Source of the DNA: Eledone cirrhosa
Lineage: Eukaryota
Direction: 5' to 3'
DNA: 64,000 bases
Assembly (NCBI GenBank): GCA_964016885.1
Contig: OZ024742.1
Coordinates: 237,398,001 to 237,462,000, forward strand
Shown: positions 51,361-64,000 of the stretch, in pieces
Layout: the number at the start of each line of letters is the position of its first letter
How positions within the stretch are numbered: position 1 is the first letter of the stretch
Translations under genes and position numbers: made by a program
The notes under the pieces: generated by a model
Told to the model about the DNA's origin: nothing
The model's input: the letters and a program-made list of their open reading frames with translations, nothing else
The model's database searches: none

Positions 51361-52449
51361 TATATATATATATAGAGAGATATATATATCATGCTTCTCC
51401 CGTCCACTTCAATCTCTTTGCCTTTTCACTTCACTCACTCTTAACTCACAAGCAGAAGGTTTATTTCATTCATCAAGTAATGTAGCCTCTTGTTTTTTCT
51501 CCAGCCATGCTATCCCATACATTATCACCCACGACAAACTGCTTGTTTTCCTTCAGACTACATCTTTTTTCTTTTCTCTTTTGCCGTACCCCCATTCCCC
51601 TTGCTCCCACCCTGTCACACGACCATTGCCATATAGACCAATCAGAACACTGCAGCACAAACATGTAACTTCTAACTCAATCTCTATTGCAATAAACATT
51701 GCTACTTCTAGGACAGTTGTTATGGGACTGATGTTGTTCTGTATGGTATATGAATTTCTAAGTTGGAGCATTCCTAATGATGAATATGAACCCACCAAAC
51801 TCCTCTGGACGACCACACAATTGCTCTTCTTTCAGACATGGAAAACCAGCACCCCTCACACTCCCTACCAAGTTTTCATCTTCTCTTCCATTGAACTCCA
51901 TAACTTCAGAGTTGGCACCATCAACGTAGGTCCTGTAAAGTGGTTGGTGATAGGAAAATCATCCAGCTGTAGAAACCATACCGAATGTAGGGTCGAAAAT
52001 GACTTTTCAGTTGTATCAAAGATATCACAATCTCAAGTGTTTGTTCTATGATAAAATGCATCTAGTATGCTCTATAAAGTATGGGAATGTATGTTGGTGG
52101 GATGAACCCTTGGCCTCTCTGAGATGTTTTATCGCTTCGGGTAAGTACTGAGCTGGTCTGTGAAGACATCTATCCCGTGCTAGCTGAGAAAAACATAAAT
52201 GATGCCCAGCCCCGAAAAGATAAGACTATTCAAACTATATTTTGAATGAATTTTCTACACTTTCTTTTTTGGGGGTTCCCAATTCGTTTATTTCAATGTT
52301 CAATGCTTCTTCTTCCCTATCCTCGGTCTCGATTCACTGTAAACAAGCAAACTACACGCGGCGCTCCTGTCCTGTCCATGTCGTCACTCGAAGTAAAACC
52401 TAGCCCATGTCTCTATCGTCTCTACATCCTATCCGCCTCCCGGTTAGCT

Positions 52450-52950
52450 GTGTTAGCTGACATTACCTCGCACTAACTTCCCCCATCTCCCCAACCATCG
52501 TGCCCGTTGCTTTTCTTACCCACCCCGTTACATCAAGGTCGAAATAGACTGCACGCACCCTCTATCCACCACCTGATTAGCTGACATTACCCTGCATCTT
52601 TCCCTCGTCTTTCTCAACCGTCCTGTCCGTTGTTTTCCTCACCTACATTGTTACGACACCAAGGATGGAAAAGACTGTATGCAAGCCATAGTGAAGGCAA
52701 CCCGTCTAGGAGAGCAGTGACTCCGATTTAAAACGATTGCACGGGGCAGGCGGGGACTCCGTAAGCCGTAGAGAAGGCAACCCGTCCAAGAGAGCTGACA
52801 CCGATAAATAATGACTGCACGGAGTAAAAATGAACTCCCTAAGCCATAGTGAAGACAACCCGTCTAGGAGAGTAGACACCCTAAATAAATAAAAAAAACT
52901 GATATAGGGAGAGACGACTCTTGAGTCCTGTAAGACAACCTCTCTAATGC
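52450..52950 (+). repeat. Two local tandem arrays (2 x ~125 bp; 4 x ~60-87 bp)
   Basis: ttagctgacattacc...agactg twice; aagcc.tag.gaag.caacccgtc.a.gagag three times plus one degenerate copy. Confidence 0.7.
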
Positions 52951-53338
52951 TGGTAGCACGAATAATTCACCCAGTCCATGCTGTAAAGTGGCTGGAGATA
53001 GGAAGGACATTCAGCCAGAAAACCCCTGCCAAACATTTGACAAGCACAAATACGATTTCCAATAATTGCGTGTACAGGGCTAACGCTAGTCATGTTATTG
53101 TGCGCACGGTAATGGGGTGGCTAGAGTACCCATGTGCGAGAATTCCTGGACCGTCATTAAGCAATTGCACAGCCTTTTTCCCTTTCAGGTATACACACAT
53201 TCTAGGTAACAGGATTTAAAAGATTTCCAGAGTTGCCGCTATAACCATCGCACTCTCTTACTTTCCTTCTACATAAAATCTATTACAAAATCGTATTAAA
53301 AAACTCGGTGTTACAGATACCAACCCTCTCTCTTGCAT

Positions 53339-53375
<37 letters not shown>

Positions 53376-53554
53376 CTCTCTCTCTTGCATACATGCACAC
53401 ACACACACTCTCTCTTTTGCATACATACACACACACACACTCTCTCTCTCTTACTACACCTTTTCCAGCGTGACATGTTTTACACGAAGTATACAACAGC
53501 GTCAATATAATAGATTAGTGAATCCAAGTTGTGCTGTGCATCATTACTTTGTCA

Positions 53555-56500
53555 TCTATATATATAAAACAAAGAATGTCTGTATCTATTTCCCTAAAAC
53601 TCGAGAAGTACCGAACCGTTTTTTTTTTCAAACTTTACACATGTAATACGTATGGCCCTGTGAGTGTTTTGAGCAAAAAAAAATTTCAAATTATTTAGTC
53701 CTAGGGATCGAATTAGTGAAGTGACTAATGTTTGTACATAATGAGGGAGTGAGAGGGGAGAGAAAGAAACGGAGAGGCGAAGTGACGAAGTGGATCTCTA
53801 CTCCTCCTCCTCCTCCATCTCTCCATTCGTCACAGAGTTTTTCGATAGAGGGGAGAAATGTGAGTTAGTTATAAAGAGAAAGAGTGAGAGTGAAAGAAAC
53901 AGACAGACTAAAAGAGGGGGAGGGAGAGCGAGAGAGATAGAGAGAGAGCGACAGACGCTGTGTTTGATACATGACAGTGGAAGAGGGGAAGGAAAGCTAT
54001 AACTAATTAACATATATGCGTGTGTGTGTTCGTGCAGCGTTCCACTAAGAGTTAAATCTATTAACATGTGTGTGTGTACGTGCGTGTGGCGTTTCACTTA
54101 CGCCATTTTTTCAGTGACAACATATTCACTAACGTACACTCATTCCAACCGTTGCTCTTACTGTTACTCCTCTCCCTATCCATACCCCGGTTAAGACGGC
54201 ACTCATGGCTTAGAAATTACATAGTCAACCGTTCGGAAATCACATGTATCAGTTTTTAATTCACTGACGAGTTTACTCCTTACTCTACCAGTGAGTTTCA
54301 GTGTACTTCGTCCTGCTTTGAGGTCATGCCTCGAAGGAAGAGATACTCCATTGGCCGAAAAACTGCGAAAGCAGCAACAAGAACAGGGCGGGCAAACGAA
54401 TCGTCAGTGGAATCTGCTATTCGACTGTCGCAAGATGCTAAACGTGCTGCCACCAGAAGAGCATTTGAAACAGACAACTAACGAACCATTCGCCGAACCG
54501 CTAATGCCACATCAACTTCTGTTGCACGAGCTGCCGAGACGGAAGACCAGCGTAAAAGACGTCGGAGTACGGATGCTGCGAATACTGCTGCTGCGCGAGC
54601 TACACAGACCTCGCAAGAACAAGACATTCGACTACAATGTAATGCTCAATGAAGGGCCTTTGGGCAAGGTATTTCAAGGCCGTGTTGCTCACGATGGTCC
54701 TTAAAAGCATTCGAGTACAACCCTGACTTTGATTACAGTGGCCATCCAGACGTGCCAATTGGGAGTATGCCAAAGACGTGCTCTTTCTGCAATGCAAAAA
54801 AGTGGCCCGGAGAAACACCTGGCTTGTGTTGCGCAAATGGAAAAGTAAAATTACGTCCCCTGGAGGATTCACCACAACCGTTGAAGCTCCTATATTCAGG
54901 CAGTACTGCGGAGTCACGGCATTTCCTGATTTACATCCGGAGGTATAACTGTGCTTTCCAAATTACATCTTTCGGGGCGAACATTGTCAAGGAAGGCGGA
55001 TGTATGTCCACATTTAAGGTGCAAGGTCAGGTGTACCATAGAATCTGATCCCTCCAACTTGTCGCCAATCAAGAACCTCAATTTCTTCAGCTGTACTTTG
55101 TTGGGAATGTCAACGAGCAGGCAGCCATGAGGAACTCCATTTCACTGGTATCAACGTCGAGCTTATAAGGACTCTGCAAGACATTCTGCACACAAAAAAC
55201 AGCTATGTCATTAGCTTCAAGTATGCCTTGGAAGCAGATACTACAGACAGCCAATTTTAATGTGGTAATTGATGCCTCAAAAATGCCACCTGGGGAGCAT
55301 CCGGGTCGGTATAATTATCCTGCATGCAATGAAATCGCTGTACTTATGCATGGGGTGAGCATAATCCACGAGACATTGTCCTCAAGCGTCGAGATAGCAC
55401 TATTCAGCGAATCAGCGTAATACATAGGTCTTACGATGCGCTCCAGTATCCACTTCTCTTTGTAAATGGTGAGGACGGCTATCAGTACGGAATTCACCAG
55501 CACAATCCAGTAAACACTCAACACTCCGTCAAAAAACCAGTTTCATGCATGGATTTCTACTCCTACTGCTTCATGGTTCGCCACGATTCCTTCAATCACC
55601 TGCACCAGTCAAGAGACCTACTTCAGCAATTCGCCGTTGATATGTGCGCAAAAATGGAATCAGAGAGACTGTGTTTCATACGGTCACACCAAAGTCAACT
55701 GCGGTCCGAGAGCTACATCCATCTCCGAGATGCCATCAACAATGACGCAGCTCCCAGCAGCGTAGGAAACGTCTGCATTCTCCCCTCCACCTTCACCGGA
55801 AGTCCGCGCTACATGCACGAGAGAACGCAGGATGCTATGACCTACGTACGGCATTACGGCAGGCCCGATCTGTTCATCACATTCACTTGCAATCCAAAGT
55901 GGAAGGAGATCGGGGCAGAACTGTTCCAAGGGCAACAGGCTGTTCCAAGAGTCTTTTGGCTGAAGCTTATCAACCTTATGGAGCTCATCAAGAGAGGGCA
56001 AGTCTTTAGCCCAGTAAAGTGCGACGTGTACACCGTAGAGTGGCAGAAGAGGGGCCTACCGCACGCCCACATCCTCATTTGGCTGTCAACAAAAATATCT
56101 TCAAATGACATTGACAGCATCATCTCCGCAGAGTTTCCCGATCCGTCTATAGACAAAGACCTCTACGACATAGTGAAGACAAACATGGTCCATGGTCCAT
56201 GTGGGCGGGGTTTCAATTTAAGCTCACTCTGCTTGAACGACAATGTCTGCAGCAAAAGATTTCCCCGAAAGTTCTTCCAAGAAACCCAGACTGGCGTTGC
56301 CGGATACCCACTGTACAGGCGACGCCAACCCGGAGACGGTGGTTTTACAGTAACAGTTGGACAGAACGAGGTCGACAACAGATGGATAGTGCCATACTGT
56401 CCATTTCTTTCCAAGACCTTCCGTGCTCACATCAATGTCGAGTTCTGTAATTCCGTCAAGTCAATCAAGTACATATGTAAATATGTGAATAAGGGTTCAG

Positions 56501-57998
56501 GCGCTGCTATGTTCGGTCTTCAACAGGTCAACAGCCGTGACGAGGTCACGCAATACCAAGTTGGCCGTTACATCAGCAGCAACGAGGGTTTCTGGCGTAT
56601 TTTCGGCTTCCCTATACACCAAAGGTACCCTGAAATTTAACAGCTCGCAGTATACCTGGAGAACGGTCAAAAGGTGTACTTCACTGACGTTAATGCTGCT
56701 CAAATGGTGGAGGAACCATGGGAAACCACCCTCACTGCATTCTTCAAACTTTGTCAGGCCGATTCATTTGCTCAAACCCTGCTGTATTCTCAGGTGTCGT
56801 CCTATTACACATGAAATAAACAACAATGGGTTCGCAGAAAGGCAGGTCAGCCTGTTGATGGACATCCTGGCATAAAGTTTGACAGTTGCCTAGGGAGAGT
56901 TTATACAGTGCACCCGAACCAGCATGAGTGCTTCTACCTCCGTCTTCTGCTACATGATGTAAGAGGACCCCAGTCCTTTCATGACCTTAGAACTGCCGAC
57001 GGTTCCATGTGCAGCACTTACAGGGAAGCTTGCTTCAAGCGCGGCCTGCTAGAAGACAGTGCACAGTGGGATGCCACTTTATTCGAAGCTGTTGCATCTC
57101 AATCGCCTATGCGCCTACGAACTCTATTTGCAGTACTGCTGCAAACTTGCAAACTGAGTAATCCTATCTCTTTGTGGCTCAAGTATAAAGATGACTTATC
57201 CGAGGACTACAAACGTCAGACGCAAGTGCAATACCCTGAGATGGAACGTACCAGCGACGAGGTCTTCAATCTAGCATTGATTGAAATAGAGGATAGAGTT
57301 GCATCACTCGGCGGAAATTATTTGCCCTCATATGGTCTGTCCCACACAATCCGTACAGGGTCAAACGTACTTCCTACAGCTCTTATCCTAGAAACGTCCT
57401 ACGACGTCGATGCTCTTACCAAATACGTCCTTGAAACTGAACCACAACTTCTTCCGGACCAACCTCTTTCTTACACCATTGTTGCCAACCATGTGCGCCA
57501 CAGAAAAGGAGGTAAGTCCTTTCTGGATGCTCCTGCAGGGACGGGCAAAACATTTTTAACGAGAATCCTCCTTGCAAAAGTCAGGATGCACAAGGGCATT
57601 GCGGTTGCTGTTGCCTCTTCCGGAATTGCTGCCACTTTGTTGCCCGGTGGCAGGACCGCACACTCCAGTTTTAAATTGCCTCTCAATTTAACAACGTCAG
57701 AAACGCCTACTTGCAGCATCAGCAAGACCTCCGACCAGGGCCACGCCCTAAAACGATGTCAGCTCATTGTGTGGGATGAGTTCACCATGGCCCATAAAAG
57801 AAGTCTGGACGCATTAAACAGAGCTCTAAAGGACATCAGAGGCTGCCAGGCTCCCATGGGAGGTGTTACGCTTCTGCTTTCGGGTGACTTCAGGCAGACT
57901 CTTCCTGTCATTCCCAAAGCATAAAAGCAGATGAGGTCCAAGCATGCCTAAAGTCCTCTCCTCTGTGGCGCCATGTCCGGACACTGATTCTTACAACC
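53555..57998 (+). mobile_element. Helitron, 3'-truncated
   Basis: 5' end A|TCTATATATATAAAA followed by a RepHel coding region; no CTRR 3' end in the window. Confidence 0.9.
54326..57998 (+). pseudogene. Helitron RepHel transposase (HUH Rep + PIF1-like helicase), with stops and frameshifts
   Basis: MPRRKR start; CSFCNAKKW...CCANG zinc finger; FITFTCNPKW, VEWQKRGLPHAHIL, KYICKYVNKG; DAPAGTGKTF, GRTAHS, WDE, GDFRQ; ends before the later helicase motifs. Confidence 0.93.
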
Positions 57999-60900
57999 AC
58001 GTTTCTGTGTGCTTCTGTGCAGGCGTTTTCGTGTTCGTTTTTGTTCGTTTCATGTGCGCTTTTTTGTGCGATTTTGCGTTCTATATGCGCTTCTATGGGC
58101 GCTTTCATGCAATTTATGTGCGCGTTTTTTGCGCTTTTACGTGCGCGCTTATTGAGCAGTTTTATGTGCGCGTTTTTGTGCACTTTCATATGCTCTTTTT
58201 GTGCGATTTATGTGCGCTTTTGTGCGATTTTATTCAATTTAATATGTGTTGTGTGCTCGCGTTTTGTTCTATTTAATGTGTTGTGTGCTACTCTGTGCGC
58301 GTTTCTGCGTTCGTTTTGTGCGCATTTTTGTGTGCTTTCATGCGTTTTTTGTGCGCTTTTATGAGCGCATTTTGTGCGATTTTATGTGTGCGACTTTGTG
58401 CACTTTCATGTTTTATGTGCGCTTTTGTGTACGCTTTTATGTGCGCTTTTGTGTACGCTTTTATGTGCGATTTTATGTGCGCATTTTGTGCAATTTTATG
58501 AATTTTTTGTGCGTTTTATGTGCGCGTTTCTGCGTTCGTTTTGTGCAATTTTATGTGTGCGTTTTTGTGCGGGTTTTTGTGCGCTTTTACGAGCATGCTT
58601 TTTGTGCGATTTTATGTGCGCGTTTTTGTCTGCTTCTGTGTGTGCGTTTCTGTGTTCGGTTTTGTGCGCTTCAATGTGCACGTTAGTGCGATTTTATGTG
58701 GGCGTTTTGAGCGGGGCTCTGTGCGCTTTCGTGTGCACTTTTTGTGCGTTTTATGTGCGCATTTTTGTGCGTTTTATGTGCGCATTTTTGTGCAGTTTTA
58801 TGTACGCGTGTTTCTGTGCTTCTGTGTACGCGTTTGTGAGCGCTCTTGTGCGCTTCTATGCGCGCTTTCATGCGCGTGTTATGTGCGCGTTATTGTGCGC
58901 TTTTATGTGCGCGCTTTTTGTGCAATGTTATGTGTGCGTTTTGGTGCGCTTTTATGTGCGCGTTTTTGTGGGTTTCTATGTGCGTATTTTGTGCGCTTTC
59001 ATGTGCATTTTTTGTGCGTTTTATGTGCGCTTTTTTGTGCGATTTCGTGTGCATCTTTTTGAGCTCTTATATGTGCGTGTGGTTGTGCGCTTTTACGCGC
59101 ACTTTTTGTGTGCTTTCATATGCATTTTTTCTGCGATTTGTGTGTCATTATGTGCGCTTTCATGTGCAGTGTGTGCGTTTTATGAGCGCGTTATTTGTGT
59201 GCTTCTGTGTGCGCGTTTCGGCGTTCGTTTTGTGCGCTTCTATGCCTTCTATTCGTTCTATATGCGCATTCATGCAATTTATGTGCGCGTTTTTTGCGCT
59301 TTTACGTGAGCGCATTTTGAGCACTTTTATGTGCGCGTTTTTGTGCACTTTCATATGCTATTTTTGTGCGATTTATGTGCGCTTTTGTACGATTTTATTC
59401 AATTTAATGTGTTGTGTGCTCGCGTTTTGTTCAATTTAATGTGTGTTGTATGATACTGTGTGCGCGTTTCTGCGTTCGTTTTGTGCGCTCCTATGTGCGC
59501 ATTTGAGTGTGCTTTCATGCGTTCTTTGTGCGCTGTTATGTGCGCGTTTTGTGCGATTTTATGTGTGCGACTTGTGCACTTTGATGTGCACTTTTTGTGC
59601 GTTTTATGTGAGCTTTTGTGTACGCTTTTATGTGCGATTTTATGTGCGCGTTTTGTGCAATTTTATGTGGCCGATTTTGTGTGCTTTCATATGAATTTTT
59701 TGTGCGTTTTATGTGCGCGTTTCAGCGTCGTTTTGTGTGTTTCTATATGTGCATTTTTGTGCGTTTTTGTGCGATTTTATGTGTGCGTTTTATGCGATTT
59801 TATGTGCGCGTTTTAGTGTGCTTCTGTGTGTGCGTTTCTGTGTTCGGTTTCGTGCGCGGCTCTGTGCGTCTTTGTGCGTTTTATGTGCGCATTTTTGTGC
59901 GTTTTATGTGCACGTTTTTGTGCAGTTTTATGCGCACGTTTTTGTGCAGTTTTATGTGCGTGTGTTTCTGTACTTCTGTGTACGCGTTTGTGCGCTTTTA
60001 TGTGCGCTTTCATGCGCGCGTTATGTGCAATTATATGTGGGCGCTTTTCGTGCGATTTTATGTATGCGATTTGGTGCGATTTTATGTGCGCATTTTTGTG
60101 TGCACGTTTCTGTCTGGTTCTGTGCGTGCGTCTCTGTGTTCGGTTTTGTGCGCTTCTATGTGCGCGTTGTGTGCGATTATATGCCGGCGTTTTGAGCGCG
60201 TCTCTGTGCGCTTTCATGTGCAATTCTTTTGCGTTTTATGTGCGCCTTTGTGTGCGTTTTATGTGCGCATCTTTGTGCAGTTTTATGTGTACGCGTTTCT
60301 GTGCGCTTTTGTTTGCTCTATGTGCGCTTTCATGCGCGCGCTATGTGCAATTATATGTGCGCGTTCTTGTGCGCTTTTATGTGAGCGTTTTGGTGCATTT
60401 TTATGTGCGCATTTTTGTGTGCACGTTTGTGTCTGCTTCTATGTGCGTTTCTGTGTTCGGCTTTTGTGCGCTTTCATGTGCATCTTTTGTGCGTTTTATG
60501 TGCGCGTTTTGTGCAATTTTATGGACGCTTTTATGTGCGATTTTATGTGAGCGTGTTGTGCAATTTTTTGTGCGTTTTATGTGCGCGTTTCTGCGTTCGT
60601 TTTGTGCGCTTCTATGTGCACCTTATTTGTGCGTTTTGTACAATTTCATGTGCGCCTTTTGTGCGCTTTTATGTGCGAGAATTTGTGTGCACGTTTCTGT
60701 GCGCAGGCGTTTTCGTGTTCGTTTTTGTTCGCTTTTTTGTGCGATTTTGCGTTATATATGCGCTTCTATGGGCGCTTTCATGCAATTTCTGTGCGCGTTT
60801 TTTGCGCTTTTACGTGCGGGCTTTTTGTGTGTGCTACTCTGCGCGTTTCTGCGTTCGTTTTGTGCGCATTTTAGTGTGCTTTCGTGCATTTTTGGTGCGC

Positions 60901-63900
60901 TTTTATGAGCGCGTTTTATGCAATTTTATGCGCGCGTTTTCGTGTGCTTTCATATGAATTGTTTGTGCGTTTTATGTGCGCGGTTTCTGCGTTCGTTTTG
61001 TGCAATTTTATGTGCGGGTTTTTGTGCGCTTTTACGAGCGCGCTTTTTGTGCGATTTTATGTGCGCTTTTTTGTCTGCTTCTGTGTGTGCGCTTCTGTGT
61101 TCAGTTTTGTGCGCTTCAATGTGCACGTTTTGTGCGATTTTATGTGGCTGAACTTCTGTGCGCGCGTTTCTGCGTTCATTTGGTGCGCTTCTATTTTCCC
61201 CTTTTTGTGCGCTTTCTTGTGCTATTTATTTGCGCTTTTGTGTACGCTTTTATGTACGATTTTATGTGAGCGTTTTGTGCAATTTTTTGTGCGTTTTATG
61301 TGCGCGTTTCTGCGTTCGTTTTGTGCGCTTCTATGTGCACCTTATTTGTGCGTTTTGTACAATTTCATGTGCGCCTTTTGTGCGCTTTTATGTGCGCGTT
61401 TTTGTGTGCTTCTGTGCAGGCGTTTTCGTGTTCGTTCTTGTTCGTTTCATGTGCGCTTTTTTGTGCGATTTTGCGTTCTATATGCGCTTCTATGGGCGCT
61501 TTCCTGTGCTCTTTTTGCGCGATTTATGTGCGCTTTTGTGCGATTTTATTCAATTTAATATGTGTTGTGTGCTCGCGTTTTGTTCTATTTAATGTGTGTT
61601 GTGTGCTACTCTGTGCGCGTTTCAGCGTTCGTTTTGTGCGCATTTTTGTGTGCTTTCATGCGTTTTTTGTGCGCTTTTATTAGCGCGTTTTGTGCGATTT
61701 TATGTGTGCGACTTTGTGCACTTCCATGTGCCCTTTTTCTGCGTTTTATGTGCGCTTTTGTGTACGTTTTTATGTGCGCTTTTATGTACGCTTTTATGTG
61801 CGCGTTTTGTGCAATTTTATGCGCGCGTTTTCGTGTGCTTTCATATGAATTTTTTGTGCGTTTTATGTGCGCGTTTCTGCGTTCGTTTTGTGCAATTTTA
61901 TGTGCGCGTTTCTGTGCGGGTTTTTGTGCGCTTTTACGAGCGCGGTTTGTGTGCGATTTTATGTGCGCGTTTTTGTCTGCTTATGTGTGTGCGTTTCTGT
62001 GTTCGGTTTTGTGCGCTTCAATGTGCACGTTTTGTGCGATTTTACGTGGGCGTTTTGAGCGCGGCTCTATGCGCTTTCTTGTGCACTTTTTGTGCATTTT
62101 ATGTGCGCATTTATGTGCGCATTTATGTGCGTTTTATGTGCGCATTTTTGTGCAGTTTTATGTACGCGTGTTTCTGTGCTTCTGTGTACGAGTTTGTGAG
62201 CGCTTTTGTGCGCTTCTATGTGCGCTTTCATGCACGTGTTATGTGCGCGTTTTTTGTGCGCATTATTGTGAGCTTTTTGTGCAATTCTATGTGTGCGTTT
62301 GGGTGCGCGTTTTTGTGTGTACGTTTCTGTGTGCTTCTGTGTGCGCGTTTCTGTGTTCGTTTTTGTGTGTTTCTATGTGCGTATTTTGTGCGCTTTCATG
62401 TGTATTTTTTGTGCGTTTTATGTGCTTTCATATGCATTTTTTCTGCGATTTGTGTGACATTATGTGCGCTTTCATGTGCAGTGTGTGCGTTTTATGAGCC
62501 CGTTATTTGTGTGCTTCTGTGTGCGCGTTTCCGCGTTCGTTTTGTGCGCTTCTATGTGCGCATTCATGTGCACTCTTTTTTTGCGTTCTATATGCGCTTC
62601 TATGTGCGCATTCATGCAATTTATGTGCGCGTTTTAGTGTGCATGTTTCTGTCTGCTTCTCTGTGTGCGTTTCTGTGTTCGGTTTTGTGCGCGTCTCTGT
62701 GCGCTTTCGTGTGCAATTATTGTGCGTTTTATGTGCGCATTTTTGTGCGTTTTATGTGCACGTTTTTGTGTAGTTTTATGTGCACGTTTTTGTGCAGTTT
62801 TATATGCGTGTGATTCTGTACTTCTGTGTACGCGTTTGTGCGCTTTATGTGCGCTTTCATGCGCGCATTATGTGTAATTATATGTGCCCGTTTTTGTGCG
62901 CGTTCTTGTGCGCGTTTTTTATGCTATTTTATGTATTCGTGTTGGTGCGATTTTATGTGCACCTTTGTGTGCAATTTTTGTGCGTTTTATGTGCGCGTTT
63001 TTGGGCAGTTTTATGTGCGCGTGTTCCTGTACTTCTGTGTGCGCTTTTGTGCGCTTCTATGTGCGCTTTCATGCACGCGTTAAGTGCATTTGTATGTGCG
63101 CGTTTTTCTGCGCGTTCGTGTGCGCTTTTACGTGCGCGTTTTTTGTGCGATTTTATGTGCGCATTTTTGTGTGCACGTTTCTGTCTGTCTCTGTGTTCGG
63201 TTTTGTGCGCTTCTATGTGCGCGTTTTGTGCGGTTTTATGTGCATTTTTATCCGTTTTGTGTGCGCATTTGTGTTCGTTTTCTGCGCTTCTATGTGCACC
63301 TTATTTGTGCGTTTTGTACAATTTCATTGCGCCTTTTGTGCGCTTTTATGTGCGCGTTTTTGAGAGCACGTTTCTGTGTGCTTCTGTGCAGGCGTTTTCG
63401 TGTTTGTTTTGGTGCGCTTCTATGTGCGCGTTTTATGGGCGTTTTATGTGCTTTTTTGTGCGTTTTATGTGCGCGTTTTTGGGCAGTTTTATGTGCGCGT
63501 GTTTCTGTACGTCTGTGTGTGCTTTTGTGCGCTTCTATGTCCGCTTTCATGCGCTCGTTATGTGCAATTATATATGCGCGTTTTTGTGCGCGTTCTTGTG
63601 CGCTTTTACGTGCGATTTTATGTGTGCGTTTTGGTGCGATTTTATGTGCGCATTTTTGTGTGCACGTTTCTGTCTGCTTCTGTGTGTTCGTTTCTGTGTT
63701 CGGTTTTGTGCGCGTTTTGTGCGATTTTATGTGGGCGTTTTGAGCGCGTCTCTGTGCGCTTTTGTGTGCAATTCTTTTGCGTTTTATGTGCGCATTGTGG
63801 CCGTTTTATGTGCGCGTTTTTGTGCAGTTTTATGTGCGCGTTTTCTGTACTTCTGTGTACGCGTTTGTGTGCGCTTTTGTGCGCTCTATGTGCGCTTTCA

Positions 63901-64000
63901 TGCGCGCGTTATGTGCAATTATATGTGCGCGTTCTTGTGCGCTTTTACGTGAGCGCTTTTTGTGCGATTTTATGTGTGCGTTTTGGTGCAATTTTATGTG
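57999..64000. repeat. Complex satellite of ~10-12-bp TTTT(AT)GTGCGC-type units with higher-order repeats
   Basis: Continuous T/G-rich, A-poor array to the window end; landmark ATTCAATTTAA..TGTGTTGTGTGCTCGCG recurs near 58232, 59397 and 61548. Confidence 0.95.

Noticed and set aside
50397-52051. ORFs of 117 aa (-) and 156 aa (+) downstream of GPN1
   Set aside because: No recognisable domain; the latter ends in an RTE EN start (NFRVGTINVG) fused to a SINE piece.
52674-52950. CRISPR-like repeat-spacer appearance
   Set aside because: Eukaryotic context, degenerate repeats, linkers related to each other, and no cas genes.
57944-63952. Many long Cys/Phe/Val/Arg-rich ORFs (up to 405 aa)
   Set aside because: They arise in all three frames because the A-poor satellite rarely forms stop codons; there is no domain structure.

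Overview
AT-rich, repeat-dense animal DNA. The (CAT)n-tailed SINE and RTE repertoire suggests an octopod cephalopod (inference). There is one clear host gene: GPN1 (GPN-loop GTPase 1/XAB1), + strand, 12 coding exons from 23196 to 49643, about 386 aa, with a U12-type third intron. The rest is mostly mobile DNA: a compact 3.9-kb LTR retrotransposon (4991-8894, minus strand, 5-bp TSD) nested in an RTE remnant; Merlin-type TIR elements with 8-bp TSDs (a 720-bp MITE and a 7.5-kb cargo-bearing unit); several RTE LINEs; a Vingi/Ingi-like LINE; mariner elements; two tRNA-derived SINE families; a Penelope-type palindrome with a hammerhead ribozyme; and a Helitron whose helicase is cut off by a >6-kb TTTTATGTGCGC-type satellite running to the window end. 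Most striking signal: the LTR element has no canonical TGG primer-binding site. Instead, the 12 nt abutting its 5' LTR are exactly complementary to the first 12 nt (5' end) of tRNA-Phe, suggesting priming by a very short 5' tRNA fragment. All calls were made by eye; TE boundaries are approximate unless a TSD/TIR is quoted.
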